IMG/VR virus record: IMGVR_UViG_3300031847_000001
DNA: 64,000 nt
Strand: one strand, 5' to 3'
From: an uncultured virus (IMG/VR IMGVR_UViG_3300031847_000001)
Taxonomy: Duplodnaviria > Heunggongvirae > Uroviricota > Caudoviricetes
This document shows, piece after piece, positions 55,037 through 64,000 of the stretch (its first letter is position 1; each line of letters begins with the position of its first letter). Made by a program: the position numbers and the translations under genes. The notes under the pieces were generated by a model, which worked only from the letters and a program-made list of their open reading frames with translations, searched no databases and was not told where the DNA came from.

Positions 55037-55250
55037 AATGTTCTCCTTTGGTTGTTATATCACGCAATAGAATCAACCCTTTGTTGAACTGGCTTTCTTG
55101 CGCCGCTTGCCGCCGTGCGCCAGCGGTTCAAGCCCAGCGCATTTGCGGAAGTAGTTTGAGATAGATAGCCCGGCGTCTTTGGCGAGTCGGGCTATCTGCG
55201 CTTTCTCAGCGCGGGATTTGAATGTGATGTGGGTTTGGATGGCCATAGTA

Positions 55251-55511
55251 TTAGGCGAGGGCCGCGCGAGCAACGCAAGCCCTGCAAGTTAAATCTACCG
55301 ACTTGTCGCACTCGCAGAATCCAGCGCCGTTGCTGTCCTCATACCAATCAAGCATGCCCTGAAGGGCGCTGCGGGTCGCGGCAAGCCGCTCCTGAATCTC
55401 GTTGATTTCTGCGACTGCGGTGGTAAGTTCTCCATGCAGGACGCCTGCATTGGAGAACCATCCGCCCGCCTGGTATTCGTTGTTCCTGTCGCGCAATAAC
55501 TTGATGCTCAT
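55251..55511 (-). CDS. Hypothetical protein
   Basis: Coupled small ORF. Confidence 0.6.
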   Translation of the reverse strand: MSIKLLRDRNNEYQAGGWFSNAGVLHGELTTAVAEINEIQERLAATRSALQGMLDWYEDSNGAGFCECDKSVDLTCRACVARAALA

Positions 55512-55512
55512 T

Positions 55513-55698
55513 TCACTCGCCTCTTATGACTGTCATTTCCCAGCTTTTCTGAGTGACGATGTTCGAGCCGTCGTGAAATGTAATCTGAATCTCGCCAGCC
55601 TTGCCGAACTCCCAAGGCTTAACGCTCGCAACCGTCTTTCGGTATCCGATAATCCAATCGCCAGTTTTGATTTCCGTAGTGCTGATTCTGATTGTCAT
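55513..55698 (-). CDS. Small beta-rich hypothetical protein, first gene of a sub-operon
   Basis: SD GGAGG; downstream of promoter 55744-55772. Confidence 0.65.
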   Translation of the reverse strand: MTIRISTTEIKTGDWIIGYRKTVASVKPWEFGKAGEIQITFHDGSNIVTQKSWEMTVIRGE

Positions 55699-55743
55699 AG
55701 TTTCCTCCGGTTCGTTTCGTTTTCAATTCCAGCTGACAAGCGC

Positions 55744-55772
55744 ATACTATCAAGTAGGCTACTTGAAGTCAA
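55744..55772 (-). promoter_or_regulatory. sigma70 promoter with palindromic spacer
   Basis: TTGACT-TCAAGTAGCCTACTTGA-TAGTAT. Confidence 0.75.
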
Positions 55773-56048
55773 GAGGAAATTACAGGCAGATGGCGTTATT
55801 CGGCGGTGGTTGCAGTATGCTCTAATTCCTCCACCTCGCTTATCCAATCGTCAATATCAACCATTGCTCGCTGAAGCGCCGCGCGTTCATTGGGAAGCAT
55901 TCCTTTTATCAGACGTTTGCCCTCGTCTTCTTCTTTCTTCAGCGCGGCAATCAGCAGGTTCGTTTCCGTAAAATCTGACATGTTCTCTCCTTCAATAATG
56001 CACACTAACGGTTATTAGTGTGCATTATTTCTGACGGGAATAAAGGGG

Positions 56049-56243
56049 TTAAAGCTCCGCTTGTAGCTCAGCGCCTACGAGTCCAACCGCTAATGCCCCG
56101 ACCGGAAACCCCGCTTCTTTCACCATTCGCCTTATGTGCTCGGCCAGCTCGTTGCAGCGTTCCTCGTGTTCGGGCGGTAATTCAGATATTGCGCCCTTGA
56201 TTGCCAGGATTGTTATTTGCTCTTCAGTCAATTCTTTGCTCAT
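56049..56243 (-). CDS. Hypothetical protein
   Basis: SD GAGGAG. Confidence 0.6.
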   Translation of the reverse strand: MSKELTEEQITILAIKGAISELPPEHEERCNELAEHIRRMVKEAGFPVGALAVGLVGAELQAEL

Positions 56244-56408
56244 ATTCTCCTCACCTCTTCAACCGGCTCAATGCTGAATTCACTTTCTGGATATTTAGCT
56301 TCGTTGTGCTTCCATACCTCAATTGCCTCGTCGTACGTCATCGCGAAAGTGGACTCGATGCCGTCCACGATTAACACATAAAGCATTTCAGTTTCGTTCA
56401 TATTCTCC

Positions 56409-56451
56409 TTTCCAGCCGCCGCCATGCCCAGTCGCGTGTGCGTGGGGCCAT
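56409..56451 (-). repeat. 43-bp intergenic direct repeat, copy 1
   Basis: Two mismatches relative to 57934-57976. Confidence 0.85.
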
Positions 56452-56894
56452 TACGCCGCCTCCCACAATGTCTTCTGTACAGTTGGCGCTTTGTCTACTC
56501 TCGGCCGACTCGGTTTATTCCACGACCCGCCCCCGGCAAGCCCGACCTCTTTCCACCCCGCAGCTCGCAGAGACGCGCCGCCTTCATCCGGCAGTGTGTA
56601 GGACACCATTCGCCTATAGCCCAACGCCTTCGCCGCTCGCCACGCCGCAGCCCATAGCTTGCTCGCCGCGTTCGGGTGTCCTTCAATGACGCAAAGCCGC
56701 GTCACTTCCAGCGTCCAGCCGTTATCGAAATGGCGCGACACCGGACGGCCAACGATGGCGACTCCGACGATGTTTTCACCGTCGTTCACCGCGACACCGA
56801 ATTTCCATCCCTGACTTGGCGGGTGATGTCGGTGATGCTTGCGAATGAACTCGCATGCCTCGTCCCATTCAATTGGCTGTAGTTGCAGTGTCAT
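56451..56894 (-). CDS. XF1762-family (Mom-like/GNAT-fold) protein
   Basis: HHRHH....KF....VGVAIVGRPVSR..TLEVTRLC...AAWRAAKALGY. Confidence 0.75.
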   Translation of the reverse strand: MTLQLQPIEWDEACEFIRKHHRHHPPSQGWKFGVAVNDGENIVGVAIVGRPVSRHFDNGWTLEVTRLCVIEGHPNAASKLWAAAWRAAKALGYRRMVSYTLPDEGGASLRAAGWKEVGLAGGGSWNKPSRPRVDKAPTVQKTLWEAA

Positions 56895-57322
56895 CTTCCC
56901 TCGATGATTGCGTCTTCCGTCTCCCATAGCTCGTCGTAAATCTCAAAGTTCGCGTAATACCCGTATGCGAGCCGAAACTTTTCACATTTTCCTTGAGGCA
57001 TCGGCGCGCCGTGGCCAAGCCCGTTCAGATTGCACGCGCCGCCTTCGGGATGTTCCTTGCGATAGTCGCCGCAGTGACAAATATCTTCAGGATGTTCTTT
57101 CACCGTCTCCCTCCAAGCGACTGAATGGGTATTGTCGCATCTCAAGACACTTAGCTAAGTGGAGCAACTTTCGGATAATCTCTTCATCCTTCTCGACAAT
57201 TAACGCATCGGCGCTTGATGGAACGCTGAAGTCAATCGCGTTATCGGATGGATTCCAAGTGATTTCGATTAGCTTTATTTCTTGCATGATTCATCCTCCC
57301 TCGCGCCGCCGGTTAGCGCGGG

Positions 57323-57625
57323 TTAAATAGTCTCACTGAGCTCGCGGATTTCTTCGTAGTCCTTAAACTCCAGGTCGTCCGTCGCGATCCCGGCCATTTT
57401 GTAGTAGTCGCTCGCCTCGTTCAGCAGGTCGCAGATGTCTTCGTTCAGGTAGAACAATGCCTTCTTGCAGTCGTAATCGGCGCTCAGTGTCTGCGTCCGC
57501 TCGTGCAACTCCTGGAGCGCGGCGAGCGCGGTCTTGTCGTCGACCACAAACTTCTTGACTGCTTGAGCGAACTCGCCCCGTATTCGCGCAGCCTCGTATT
57601 GCTTGTCAAATTCTTGGTCTGTCAT
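57323..57625 (-). CDS. Hypothetical protein
   Basis: SD GGAGG. Confidence 0.65.
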   Translation of the reverse strand: MTDQEFDKQYEAARIRGEFAQAVKKFVVDDKTALAALQELHERTQTLSADYDCKKALFYLNEDICDLLNEASDYYKMAGIATDDLEFKDYEEIRELSETI

Positions 57626-57933
57626 ATTGTTTTACCTCCGTAAGTAGAGACGGACAACCGTTTGATAATGTGCAAAATTATTCTCGCTCGCCGCTCGGCT
57701 TCCATTTCCTCGCGCATGTCGTACACAGGTGTACATACTTTCTGGCTCTGGAGTTTACGCGCCATCCCATGTCGTAGATGAATTTCTGCGTTTGTGAGCG
57801 TACCGGCATTGTGACCATAGTAAACGCCTTGCACTTGTCGCATTCAATCTCGAATGTCCACGCGCTTGCGATGTTTGTTCCCAAGTCTTTCAGTTCGTCT
57901 TTCAGTATCATTGGCTCATATTCTCCTTTCGTT

Positions 57934-57976
57934 TTTCCAGCCCCCGCCATGCCCAGTCGCGTTTGCGTGGGGCCAT
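57934..57976 (-). repeat. 43-bp intergenic direct repeat, copy 2
   Basis: See copy 1. Confidence 0.85.
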
Positions 57977-57983
57977 AATGTAT

Positions 57984-58229
57984 CTACGCCCCGTAATACG
58001 CCCGCTCTCTCCGCTCTGTCCTTCTGTTCGCTCGACGTAGCGCCTCAGTGCTGCGCTGAAACTGTTCGGGGTCAACCCGCGCGAACGTCGCTGCCCGTTT
58101 TGTCAGTCGGCCCATTAGCTCAGTCGCCTCTCTTAGCAGTCGCCCCCGTCGTTTCAATTCGGCACAGCCGAGCGTTGCTTGATACTTCTTGATGTATTCG
58201 TGTAGTTCGAGTTCTTCTTGTACGCTCAT
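57984..58229 (-). CDS. Hypothetical protein
   Basis: Coupled ORF. Confidence 0.6.
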   Translation of the reverse strand: MSVQEELELHEYIKKYQATLGCAELKRRGRLLREATELMGRLTKRAATFARVDPEQFQRSTEALRRANRRTERRERAYYGA

Positions 58230-58432
58230 ATTCCCCTCTCCCCGCTCGCCGCGATTGGCGCGGGTGTTGTGGCGGGCGGTTGCGGCTCAACAAAGACTTC
58301 CTTAGCAATCCAGAGCGCGTTATTGATTTGCTCCTCCAACATTCCCAATTCGGCCTCAGTGAGCGGCGACGGCAGCACAAGTACACCCTGCCTTCCATTG
58401 GGTAGATACAGTGGAAACCGCTCCCTACTCAT
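58226..58432 (-). CDS. Hypothetical protein
   Basis: Coupled ORF. Confidence 0.6.
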   Translation of the reverse strand: MSRERFPLYLPNGRQGVLVLPSPLTEAELGMLEEQINNALWIAKEVFVEPQPPATTPAPIAASGERGI

Positions 58433-59151
58433 TCCCCTTCTCCTTCCTGCGTCGGCGCGGTGGATTCGGCGGCTGCTTTTGCGGCCAGTTCAAACTCCGC
58501 GACTTTCGTTGAGTATTGATAGGCGGCACACTCGGCAATCTCTCTTGCGTCGTTCGCCTCGGCCAACTGGCGCTCAAGCTCACCGCGTTCAACCTGCAGT
58601 CGCTTCAGTCCGTCGCCCGCGACTCGTATCTGCGCCTCAAGTTCCGCGATTCGCATGATGGCGTCAGCCTTTTCCTTGAACAGTAGAGCGTTGCGGGCAT
58701 CCGCCATCTCGGCGCGCCGCTTCATTCCGGCGAATTCCTGCGCCAATCTCCGAACAGCTTGAATGGGGTCACAGATTTGGTCGTATCCGAGCGCGTCTTG
58801 AGCCAGGTCTTTTATCTCGCGCATTACGGCTTTGAATAGCTCCTCAATGCTCGGCTTTCGCGGTTCAAAGCCGTCACACCCGCAGGCCGATACACAGCAC
58901 GGGTCGTGAGTGTCGGCGCTGTGGCCGCATTCACAAATCAGTTCCGCTGCGCCGCTTCCCGCCTCGGCTGTGAACGCTTCAGCATCCGCCCGAATCGTAG
59001 CCCTCGCGTGTGCAATGGCTTCCGCGTCGGTTGGGGGTTGCTTGATAAACTCAACGCTTTTCACGCCTGCCGCGTCCATCTCGTCGGCGTCAATTACGAG
59101 ATTTCCGTTGTCGTCAATGTGTATTCCCGGTATGTAAACTGGCATTGTCAT
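58429..59151 (-). CDS. Hypothetical protein with Cys motif and coiled coil
   Basis: CECGH..H.PC....CGC.GF, then heptads. Confidence 0.7.
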   Translation of the reverse strand: MTMPVYIPGIHIDDNGNLVIDADEMDAAGVKSVEFIKQPPTDAEAIAHARATIRADAEAFTAEAGSGAAELICECGHSADTHDPCCVSACGCDGFEPRKPSIEELFKAVMREIKDLAQDALGYDQICDPIQAVRRLAQEFAGMKRRAEMADARNALLFKEKADAIMRIAELEAQIRVAGDGLKRLQVERGELERQLAEANDAREIAECAAYQYSTKVAEFELAAKAAAESTAPTQEGEGE

Positions 59152-60024
59152 TGAGATACCTCCTGTTTCCGTTTCTCGAAATGCTCTCTCGCCTCGGTGT
59201 ACGCTTCCTCGTATCCGTGGCCGAAGCGCTGATATAGCATTGATCGCAGACGCCCCGGCAGCGTGTTGTAGTGAGCGCGGCAGAACGTCTGCTGAGTGAC
59301 CTTCTTAGCGCCGCAAAAGCATTTAGCGAGCGCCAGTTCGCGCAGGATGCGCAGGCGTTCGTCGTTGGTTAGTTCGGTGGTCATTGATTCCCCTTCCGTC
59401 GTAATGAGAAATGAATGGGCAAACACGGCAGCAGACAGAGCCAAATGTGGAAATGCCTATCGCCTCCGTCCTTCTCCCATGTCCAATACGCCCCGATCCA
59501 GCAGTCGGCAAGTTTGAATTCCAGGGCGATCCACCATGCGTTATCCCGTCGCATTGTTATTAGAGTTTGTGACACTTCTTGCCTCCTATGCCGCGTCGGT
59601 CTGCGCGGCGGTTTCGTTTACATCTTTGCCCGCTTCCGCCTCAATTGCGCGGCAGCCGCCATCGCCTTGTGTGGCTCGCAATACGCGCCCCTCGGGCCTC
59701 TTGCGTGGCGACGTTCGCTAAGCGCCGCCAAATTGCCGCAGATGATGCAGTTGCCCAGTTCGCGCTGCCGTAACTGCCATTGCCTCTGCCTGCTTACTTT
59801 TTCAGCCATAATTACCATAGCAGTCGAAGGATCATTCCGGCGCCGCCGAACACCAGGGCGACCGTGAAGGCGAGAAGAAGGACCGCGAACATTCGCGCCC
59901 TGGCGGATGTCTCAGGCTCCGACTCTTCGACGTATCGCTGCAGGGCGTCGTCGTTCAGCGGATCGGGTTGTTCGTCTGCGCGCCTAGCAATGATGATGCC
60001 GTTTGGGTTGTTGTTGAACATCGT

Positions 60025-60249
60025 TTAAACCTCTCCGTGAATCTCCGGCCAATATCCGCGGCGTGCGGCGCGATCGGCCGCGTTTCTGGCCCTTCGGCGC
60101 CTGTCGTATTCCGGCCCCAGCCTCGCCTTTCGCCTTGCGCGCTGTCGTCGGCATTGCGCGCAGCGGCGATAATGTCCAGGTGAACGCTCGCCGCATTGCA
60201 AGCAAAGGCCGAGTTCGATGCAGCGCAGTTGGAATTTGCTGTAAGGCAT
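60025..60249 (-). CDS. Small Zn-finger, Arg-rich protein
   Basis: GLCLQCG...RCAQC. Confidence 0.55.
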   Translation of the reverse strand: MPYSKFQLRCIELGLCLQCGERSPGHYRRCAQCRRQRARRKARLGPEYDRRRRARNAADRAARRGYWPEIHGEV

Positions 60250-60265
60250 TCAGGTGACCTCTCTA

Positions 60266-60577
60266 TCAGTCAAGCAAACTCTCCAAAGGTTGGTCGATTA
60301 GGTCTCGCCAGAGTACATAGCGACAATGCTTGCTGTGGTAATCCTTGATGTCCTCATCGAATCCCGTTTTGTCCTTGCACTTACAGAGCAACGAGAACGC
60401 CTCCGACTTGCGAACATCGGGCGCGATCGTTTCCAGCCTTTGAACCAGCGTAGGGCGATCCTTTGGCCGGATGTTGTCCGCGCGCGCCGCGCCTACGCTT
60501 AGGAGCACGCATGTAACGGACGCTTGCGACAATCCACGGTTCAATGCAATCTCCGCAATCTCTCTTTCAAAAGTCAT
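60266..60577 (-). CDS. Hypothetical protein
   Basis: SD AAGGAG. Confidence 0.6.
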   Translation of the reverse strand: MTFEREIAEIALNRGLSQASVTCVLLSVGAARADNIRPKDRPTLVQRLETIAPDVRKSEAFSLLCKCKDKTGFDEDIKDYHSKHCRYVLWRDLIDQPLESLLD

Positions 60578-60583
60578 TTGTCG

Positions 60584-60949
60584 TCAATCTCCTTGCGCTC
60601 GTCGAAACTCTATAAACTGCGCCAGGTACGGGTGTTTCTCGACCAGCATTCGGCCGAGGTGCGAGGTGTACGAATTATTGATCCGGAAGCCTTCTTCGTC
60701 CTTCTCCCAACTGGCCATCACTTGCCACCTTACCCTTTCGGCCAGAGCCTTCATCCCGAATCGCCGATCCCGTTCCGCCATCTCGAGCGCGAACTTTTCG
60801 AAGAGTTTGAAAACTTCCGGATGTTCTCTCGCCCACTCTTCCGCCTTTTCGCGGTAGGTGCGCTCTACACTTTCGCGATATGCGCGCTGTGCGGCTTTGT
60901 CGCCAGCGGCTCTGGCTTCTGCTTCCTCAATACACTCCAACAAAGTCAT
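60584..60949 (-). CDS. Conserved phage hypothetical protein
   Basis: HPEVFKLF...ERVRW...FRINNSY motif. Confidence 0.7.
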   Translation of the reverse strand: MTLLECIEEAEARAAGDKAAQRAYRESVERTYREKAEEWAREHPEVFKLFEKFALEMAERDRRFGMKALAERVRWQVMASWEKDEEGFRINNSYTSHLGRMLVEKHPYLAQFIEFRRAQGD

Positions 60950-60954
60950 ATCGC

Positions 60955-61455
60955 TTACCTGCTGGCCACTTGCGCCAGGATTTCTACATATCCCTTAACC
61001 TCCGACGTCGCCGGCGCGTCAAACAGCGCCTTGACCCCACGCCGGCGCATCAACCGATGCACTTTTTCCTGATATGTCCCATATCCAAATTCCCTTATAA
61101 ACATCATCCGCGCTCGCTTCTTCTGAATCGGCGTCGCGCGCAAGATGGCGTCGCTGGGCTCGATGGGGGCGCCAGGCTCGACGTAATCGCGCTCGCTGGC
61201 GTGGATGAGGGCGCGAATGATGATGCCGGGACGCCACTCCTTTGAGCCGGGCTTGTTGCGGTACTGGTACCACCAGAGGGCAGTCCAGATGTTGACCTTG
61301 TTCAGACCGTAAACCTCAGACCAGAGCCGATCTGCGCGTGGCCAAAACTGCATGGCCGCCACCCATTCATCAGGGGTCCAAACGCCTTCAATCTGGACTT
61401 GCGCGAGGTAGGCGCGGACGGTGGCGAGTTGCTGTTTGGTGAATTCAGTTTGCAT
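60955..61455 (-). CDS. Hypothetical protein
   Basis: Overlaps the end of the methyltransferase gene. Confidence 0.65.
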   Translation of the reverse strand: MQTEFTKQQLATVRAYLAQVQIEGVWTPDEWVAAMQFWPRADRLWSEVYGLNKVNIWTALWWYQYRNKPGSKEWRPGIIIRALIHASERDYVEPGAPIEPSDAILRATPIQKKRARMMFIREFGYGTYQEKVHRLMRRRGVKALFDAPATSEVKGYVEILAQVASR

Positions 61456-62650
61456 TGCTTTCGAAATGGTTGATCATTCGGCCTAAGACTTCCGCGCATT
61501 GCGGAACAACGGCATTACCCAAAGCCTTCAGCGCGGCCACTCGACGCCTTCCAGCCAATCGGGCGGAAACCCCATTAATTGAGCCACCCACTTGTGATTG
61601 AGCCTCAATGACGCGCGGTTCTTCCCATTCGCGCTGGGGTTCTCCGGGTCGTGCCGGCCAACTTGCTCGGACAATGGGCGCGAGTTCTTCGAGTATGTCG
61701 CCTCGCTCGCGTGAATGCTCTTGTGATCGCGCGCCGTTGGGGTTGCCCAGGGCAACCCCTGAACTACGGCGGTCTGAAGATTCAGACCGCCGTCCCTTCC
61801 CTGGTGGCCCGCCCCCGTTGAGCAATTCGCATGTGGCGTCGGCCACTGCTTCACCGCGAAATTCAGATCCACCTGGCGCTTCTTCCCGTCCGGCGTTTGA
61901 CCTGTCAGATCCATTCCGCCCTTGGGTTGCCGTCCGCCGCTCGGAAGGGTCGGGGTTGGCCACATCTGAACCGCAGACGGCAGCATCAAGTCGCCCTTGC
62001 TGCCCCGCTGATTCGGCCCACCCTTTGAGCCGTCCGTTGCTCGTGGTGATGGCCAGGCCATCACCACGCCTTTCAAGTTCGTGCCGTGTTTGCCGCTCCG
62101 TTCGTGATTCGTCGGCGCTGTCGCGTTCTGTCCGCCCGTGCTGGCCGTGACGCATGGCCACGAACCACACTCGCTCTCTTCTATGCGGCGCGCCAACGTC
62201 CTCAGCAGCCAGTTCGATGGGCAGGAGGTCGTAACCTCGATTCGCAAACTCACGCGCAATCCACTGGCTGAATTCCACTCCCTCAACGTCAATGCTAAGG
62301 ACTCCGCGAGGGTTCTCGGCCAACACCCACATGGGACTGATTTCAGACACCAGGCGCAAAAAGTGAGGCCAGAGCCAGCGATCATCGGCGGCGCCTCGTC
62401 GTTGTCCGGCAACGCTGCTTGGCTGGCAGGGCGGGCCTCCGACGAGTGCGTCAATTCGTCCGCAGTGATCAGAAACAAGTTGCCCTGTGAGTGTTTTGAC
62501 ATCGTTCCATCTCCAAATCTCCGGCCAGTGTTTTTCAAGTACGGCATTGCAAAATGGCTCAAGTTCGCATTGACCAACGCATTGCCAATTCGCCCTTTCG
62601 AGTCCCAGATCAAAACCGCCGATCCCGCTGAATGTGCTGAAAAATCTCAT
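61445..62650 (-). CDS. DNA (cytosine-5) methyltransferase, main polypeptide
   Basis: FSGIGG (I), GGPPCQ (IV), ENP (VI), HRRERVW (VIII), LGNAV (X). Confidence 0.88.
   Translation of the reverse strand: MRFFSTFSGIGGFDLGLERANWQCVGQCELEPFCNAVLEKHWPEIWRWNDVKTLTGQLVSDHCGRIDALVGGPPCQPSSVAGQRRGAADDRWLWPHFLRLVSEISPMWVLAENPRGVLSIDVEGVEFSQWIAREFANRGYDLLPIELAAEDVGAPHRRERVWFVAMRHGQHGRTERDSADESRTERQTRHELERRGDGLAITTSNGRLKGWAESAGQQGRLDAAVCGSDVANPDPSERRTATQGRNGSDRSNAGREEAPGGSEFRGEAVADATCELLNGGGPPGKGRRSESSDRRSSGVALGNPNGARSQEHSRERGDILEELAPIVRASWPARPGEPQREWEEPRVIEAQSQVGGSINGVSARLAGRRRVAALKALGNAVVPQCAEVLGRMINHFESNAN
61528..62502 (-). CDS. Nested out-of-frame methyltransferase partner polypeptide (WPTP repeats plus motif IX)
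   Basis: Five WP(T/S)P-like repeats and LNHKWVAQLMGFPPDWL; GGAG before ATG 62502. Confidence 0.65.
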   Translation of the reverse strand: MSKHSQGNLFLITADELTHSSEARPASQAALPDNDEAPPMIAGSGLTFCAWCLKSVPCGCWPRTLAESLALTLREWNSASGLRVSLRIEVTTSCPSNWLLRTLARRIEESECGSWPCVTASTGGQNATAPTNHERSGKHGTNLKGVVMAWPSPRATDGSKGGPNQRGSKGDLMLPSAVQMWPTPTLPSGGRQPKGGMDLTGQTPDGKKRQVDLNFAVKQWPTPHANCSTGAGHQGRDGGLNLQTAVVQGLPWATPTARDHKSIHASEATYSKNSRPLSEQVGRHDPENPSANGKNRASLRLNHKWVAQLMGFPPDWLEGVEWPR

Positions 62651-62768
62651 CGTCTTTCATTGCGAGACGGACGGCCTCGATCGCACCCACAATCTTGACC
62701 GTCCGTCCGCCCATCAGCGCCCCTCGAACGCTCCCCCTTTTGCCAAGAGGCGCCGATAACTCAATTCG

Positions 62769-63023
62769 TTAAACTTTCCAGCCATTAACAACGACGCAAT
62801 GGCCTTGCGGCTTTATCAGCAAGGCTTCTTCGCGTTCGAGTCGAGCCAGCGCCTGCCCTTTGCGCTTTGCCAACTGCTTCGCGTAGTCGTGGCAGAGTTC
62901 GGCTTGCTCCGGGTTCTCATCGGCTTGCTGATTGGCCCAGGCAATCCCCTTCTCTAAACTGGCTATTTCGGTTCTGAGTTCATCGGCTGTTGTTTGCATT
63001 GGCTTCTCCGTGGCTTGATTCAC
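62769..63023 (-). CDS. Hypothetical helical protein
   Basis: ORF downstream of the operator at 63026. Confidence 0.6.
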   Translation of the reverse strand: MNQATEKPMQTTADELRTEIASLEKGIAWANQQADENPEQAELCHDYAKQLAKRKGQALARLEREEALLIKPQGHCVVVNGWKV

Positions 63024-63025
63024 CG

Positions 63026-63047
63026 TGTAACATCGAATGAGGCTACA
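63026..63047. promoter_or_regulatory. Operator copy TGTAACATCGAATGAGGCTACA
   Basis: 20/22 identical to 4346-4367. Confidence 0.65.
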
Positions 63048-63082
63048 TTATAGGGGACAAAAATAGAGCGTCAAGCGTTTTC

Positions 63083-63556
63083 TTATTGCACCCCCAAAAT
63101 ATGACGCTGCGCGATCATTCCATTGTCCAGATAGGCCTCAATGACCATCTTGGCGCTTTCCCATCCCACGCAGACGCAGGCGTAATAACCCTGGGCGGTG
63201 AGATCCTTGATCCATTTGCCTTGTGAGTCGCTTGGCTTCCCGCCAGGCGCCTTGAGTTCGATGTACAAACCGTGAAACCTACCGCGCGCAACTGGCATGC
63301 AAATATCTGGTACGCCAGCCTTGACGCCTTCGGCTTTAAGTTTGCCAGCCGTCGCCTTGTTGCGTTTGCCACCGTTGGGGATCGCGAACAAAAGCGCGAG
63401 TTCGGGGACTCTCTTTTCTCGCATCCTTGCCCACTTGAAAAGCGCGACCTGCTCCTGGTGTTCCCTGTCGGATGACGGCTTTCTTTTCGGTTTCAGATCG
63501 GCGGCGGTAAGTCGCCGCCAATTAGGTTCATCCTGGCTTTTAATTACTATTGGCAT
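63083..63556 (-). CDS. VRR-NUC domain nuclease
   Basis: EHQEQ..LFAIPNGG..GVKAGVPD..LYIELK..S..Q..W..L..GY. Confidence 0.88.
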   Translation of the reverse strand: MPIVIKSQDEPNWRRLTAADLKPKRKPSSDREHQEQVALFKWARMREKRVPELALLFAIPNGGKRNKATAGKLKAEGVKAGVPDICMPVARGRFHGLYIELKAPGGKPSDSQGKWIKDLTAQGYYACVCVGWESAKMVIEAYLDNGMIAQRHILGVQ

Positions 63557-63932
63557 GTTCCCTCTCGTCTTCGGTGATGTTGGCGCGTTCCGCATCCGCT
63601 TTCTGCATGGAAATAATCAGATTCTCGAAATCTGTCGCCCTCTGTTCTTTCGTCGAGAGAACATCAAATAAACCGATCATTGCGCACATACCCTCCGGGC
63701 TGAGATTAAAAGTGATTGAATCCCTTCCCTTCGGGTTCTCCGGGTTGATAAAGTTGCAATGCCAGATTCTCTCGAAGTGAGCCACTAAGAGAATCCGGCC
63801 GCCGCTGAGCAATATATTGCCGCAGTGATGAAACCTGCCGTAAAACTCTTCCATCTTCTCGACCCAGCCCAGCATTTCTGGAAATTCTTCGAGAAATTCC
63901 TCGCGCGTTTTGCCTTTCTTCTCTATTTTCAT
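63540..63932 (-). CDS. Hypothetical protein
   Basis: 130-aa ORF coupled to VRR-NUC. Confidence 0.55.
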   Translation of the reverse strand: MKIEKKGKTREEFLEEFPEMLGWVEKMEEFYGRFHHCGNILLSGGRILLVAHFERIWHCNFINPENPKGRDSITFNLSPEGMCAMIGLFDVLSTKEQRATDFENLIISMQKADAERANITEDEREHANSN

Positions 63933-64000
63933 TATCTATTCCCTTCTGTATCACCAAATCGTCATATCCTTTGCTCGGCCGCTTCCGTAGCAAGACGAGC

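Larger units (their letters stand above)
1..64000. mobile_element. Temperate tailed phage genome (podovirus-like organisation), nearly complete, no host flanks visible
   Basis: Terminase, portal, capsid and ejection-type genes on +; integrase, repressor and early genes on -; no tape-measure or sheath gene seen. Confidence 0.95.

Noticed and set aside
63940..64000. Window ends joining as a circle (YLT.. + ARLAT..)
   Set aside because: Only a 2-nt overlap; no terminal repeat, so probably coincidence
1..64000. tRNA/rRNA genes, reverse transcriptase/DGR, tape measure or sheath genes
   Set aside because: None recognised by eye; a tRNAscan/HMM search would be needed to exclude them formally

Overview
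The whole window is phage DNA with no flanking host genes. It is most of a temperate, short-tailed (P22/podovirus-like) genome. The host is probably a Gram-negative bacterium, tentatively an acidobacterium, judged from the cargo proteins. The + strand late region (9.6-45.6 kb) encodes an outer-membrane beta-barrel, a holin candidate, an Acb2/Tad1-like hairpin protein, TerS/TerL, a methyltransferase-glycosyltransferase fusion, portal, HNH, scaffold, major capsid, adaptors, nozzle, signal-peptide-bearing fibre proteins, a lipoprotein esterase and ejection proteins. The - strand arms (1-9.5 kb and 48.9-64 kb) encode an HNH-SF2 helicase, an SSB-like protein, an XRE repressor, a tyrosine integrase, an M15 endolysin, an XF1762/Mom-like protein, a split C5 methyltransferase, VRR-NUC and many small ORFs. 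The standout locus is a self-contained leftward operon at 45.6-47.6 kb. It runs: sigma70 promoter, a solo Cas7/RAMP-like gene, a 560-bp non-coding array, a frameshifted ParB-like gene, and a terminator. The array has five tracts with 5-nt periodicity (GY-NNN) separated by two alternating, covarying RNA hairpin linkers. It looks like a phage-encoded RNA-guided system that uses an interleaved guide code instead of CRISPR repeats and spacers. All protein family calls come from motif recognition by eye; no searches were run.
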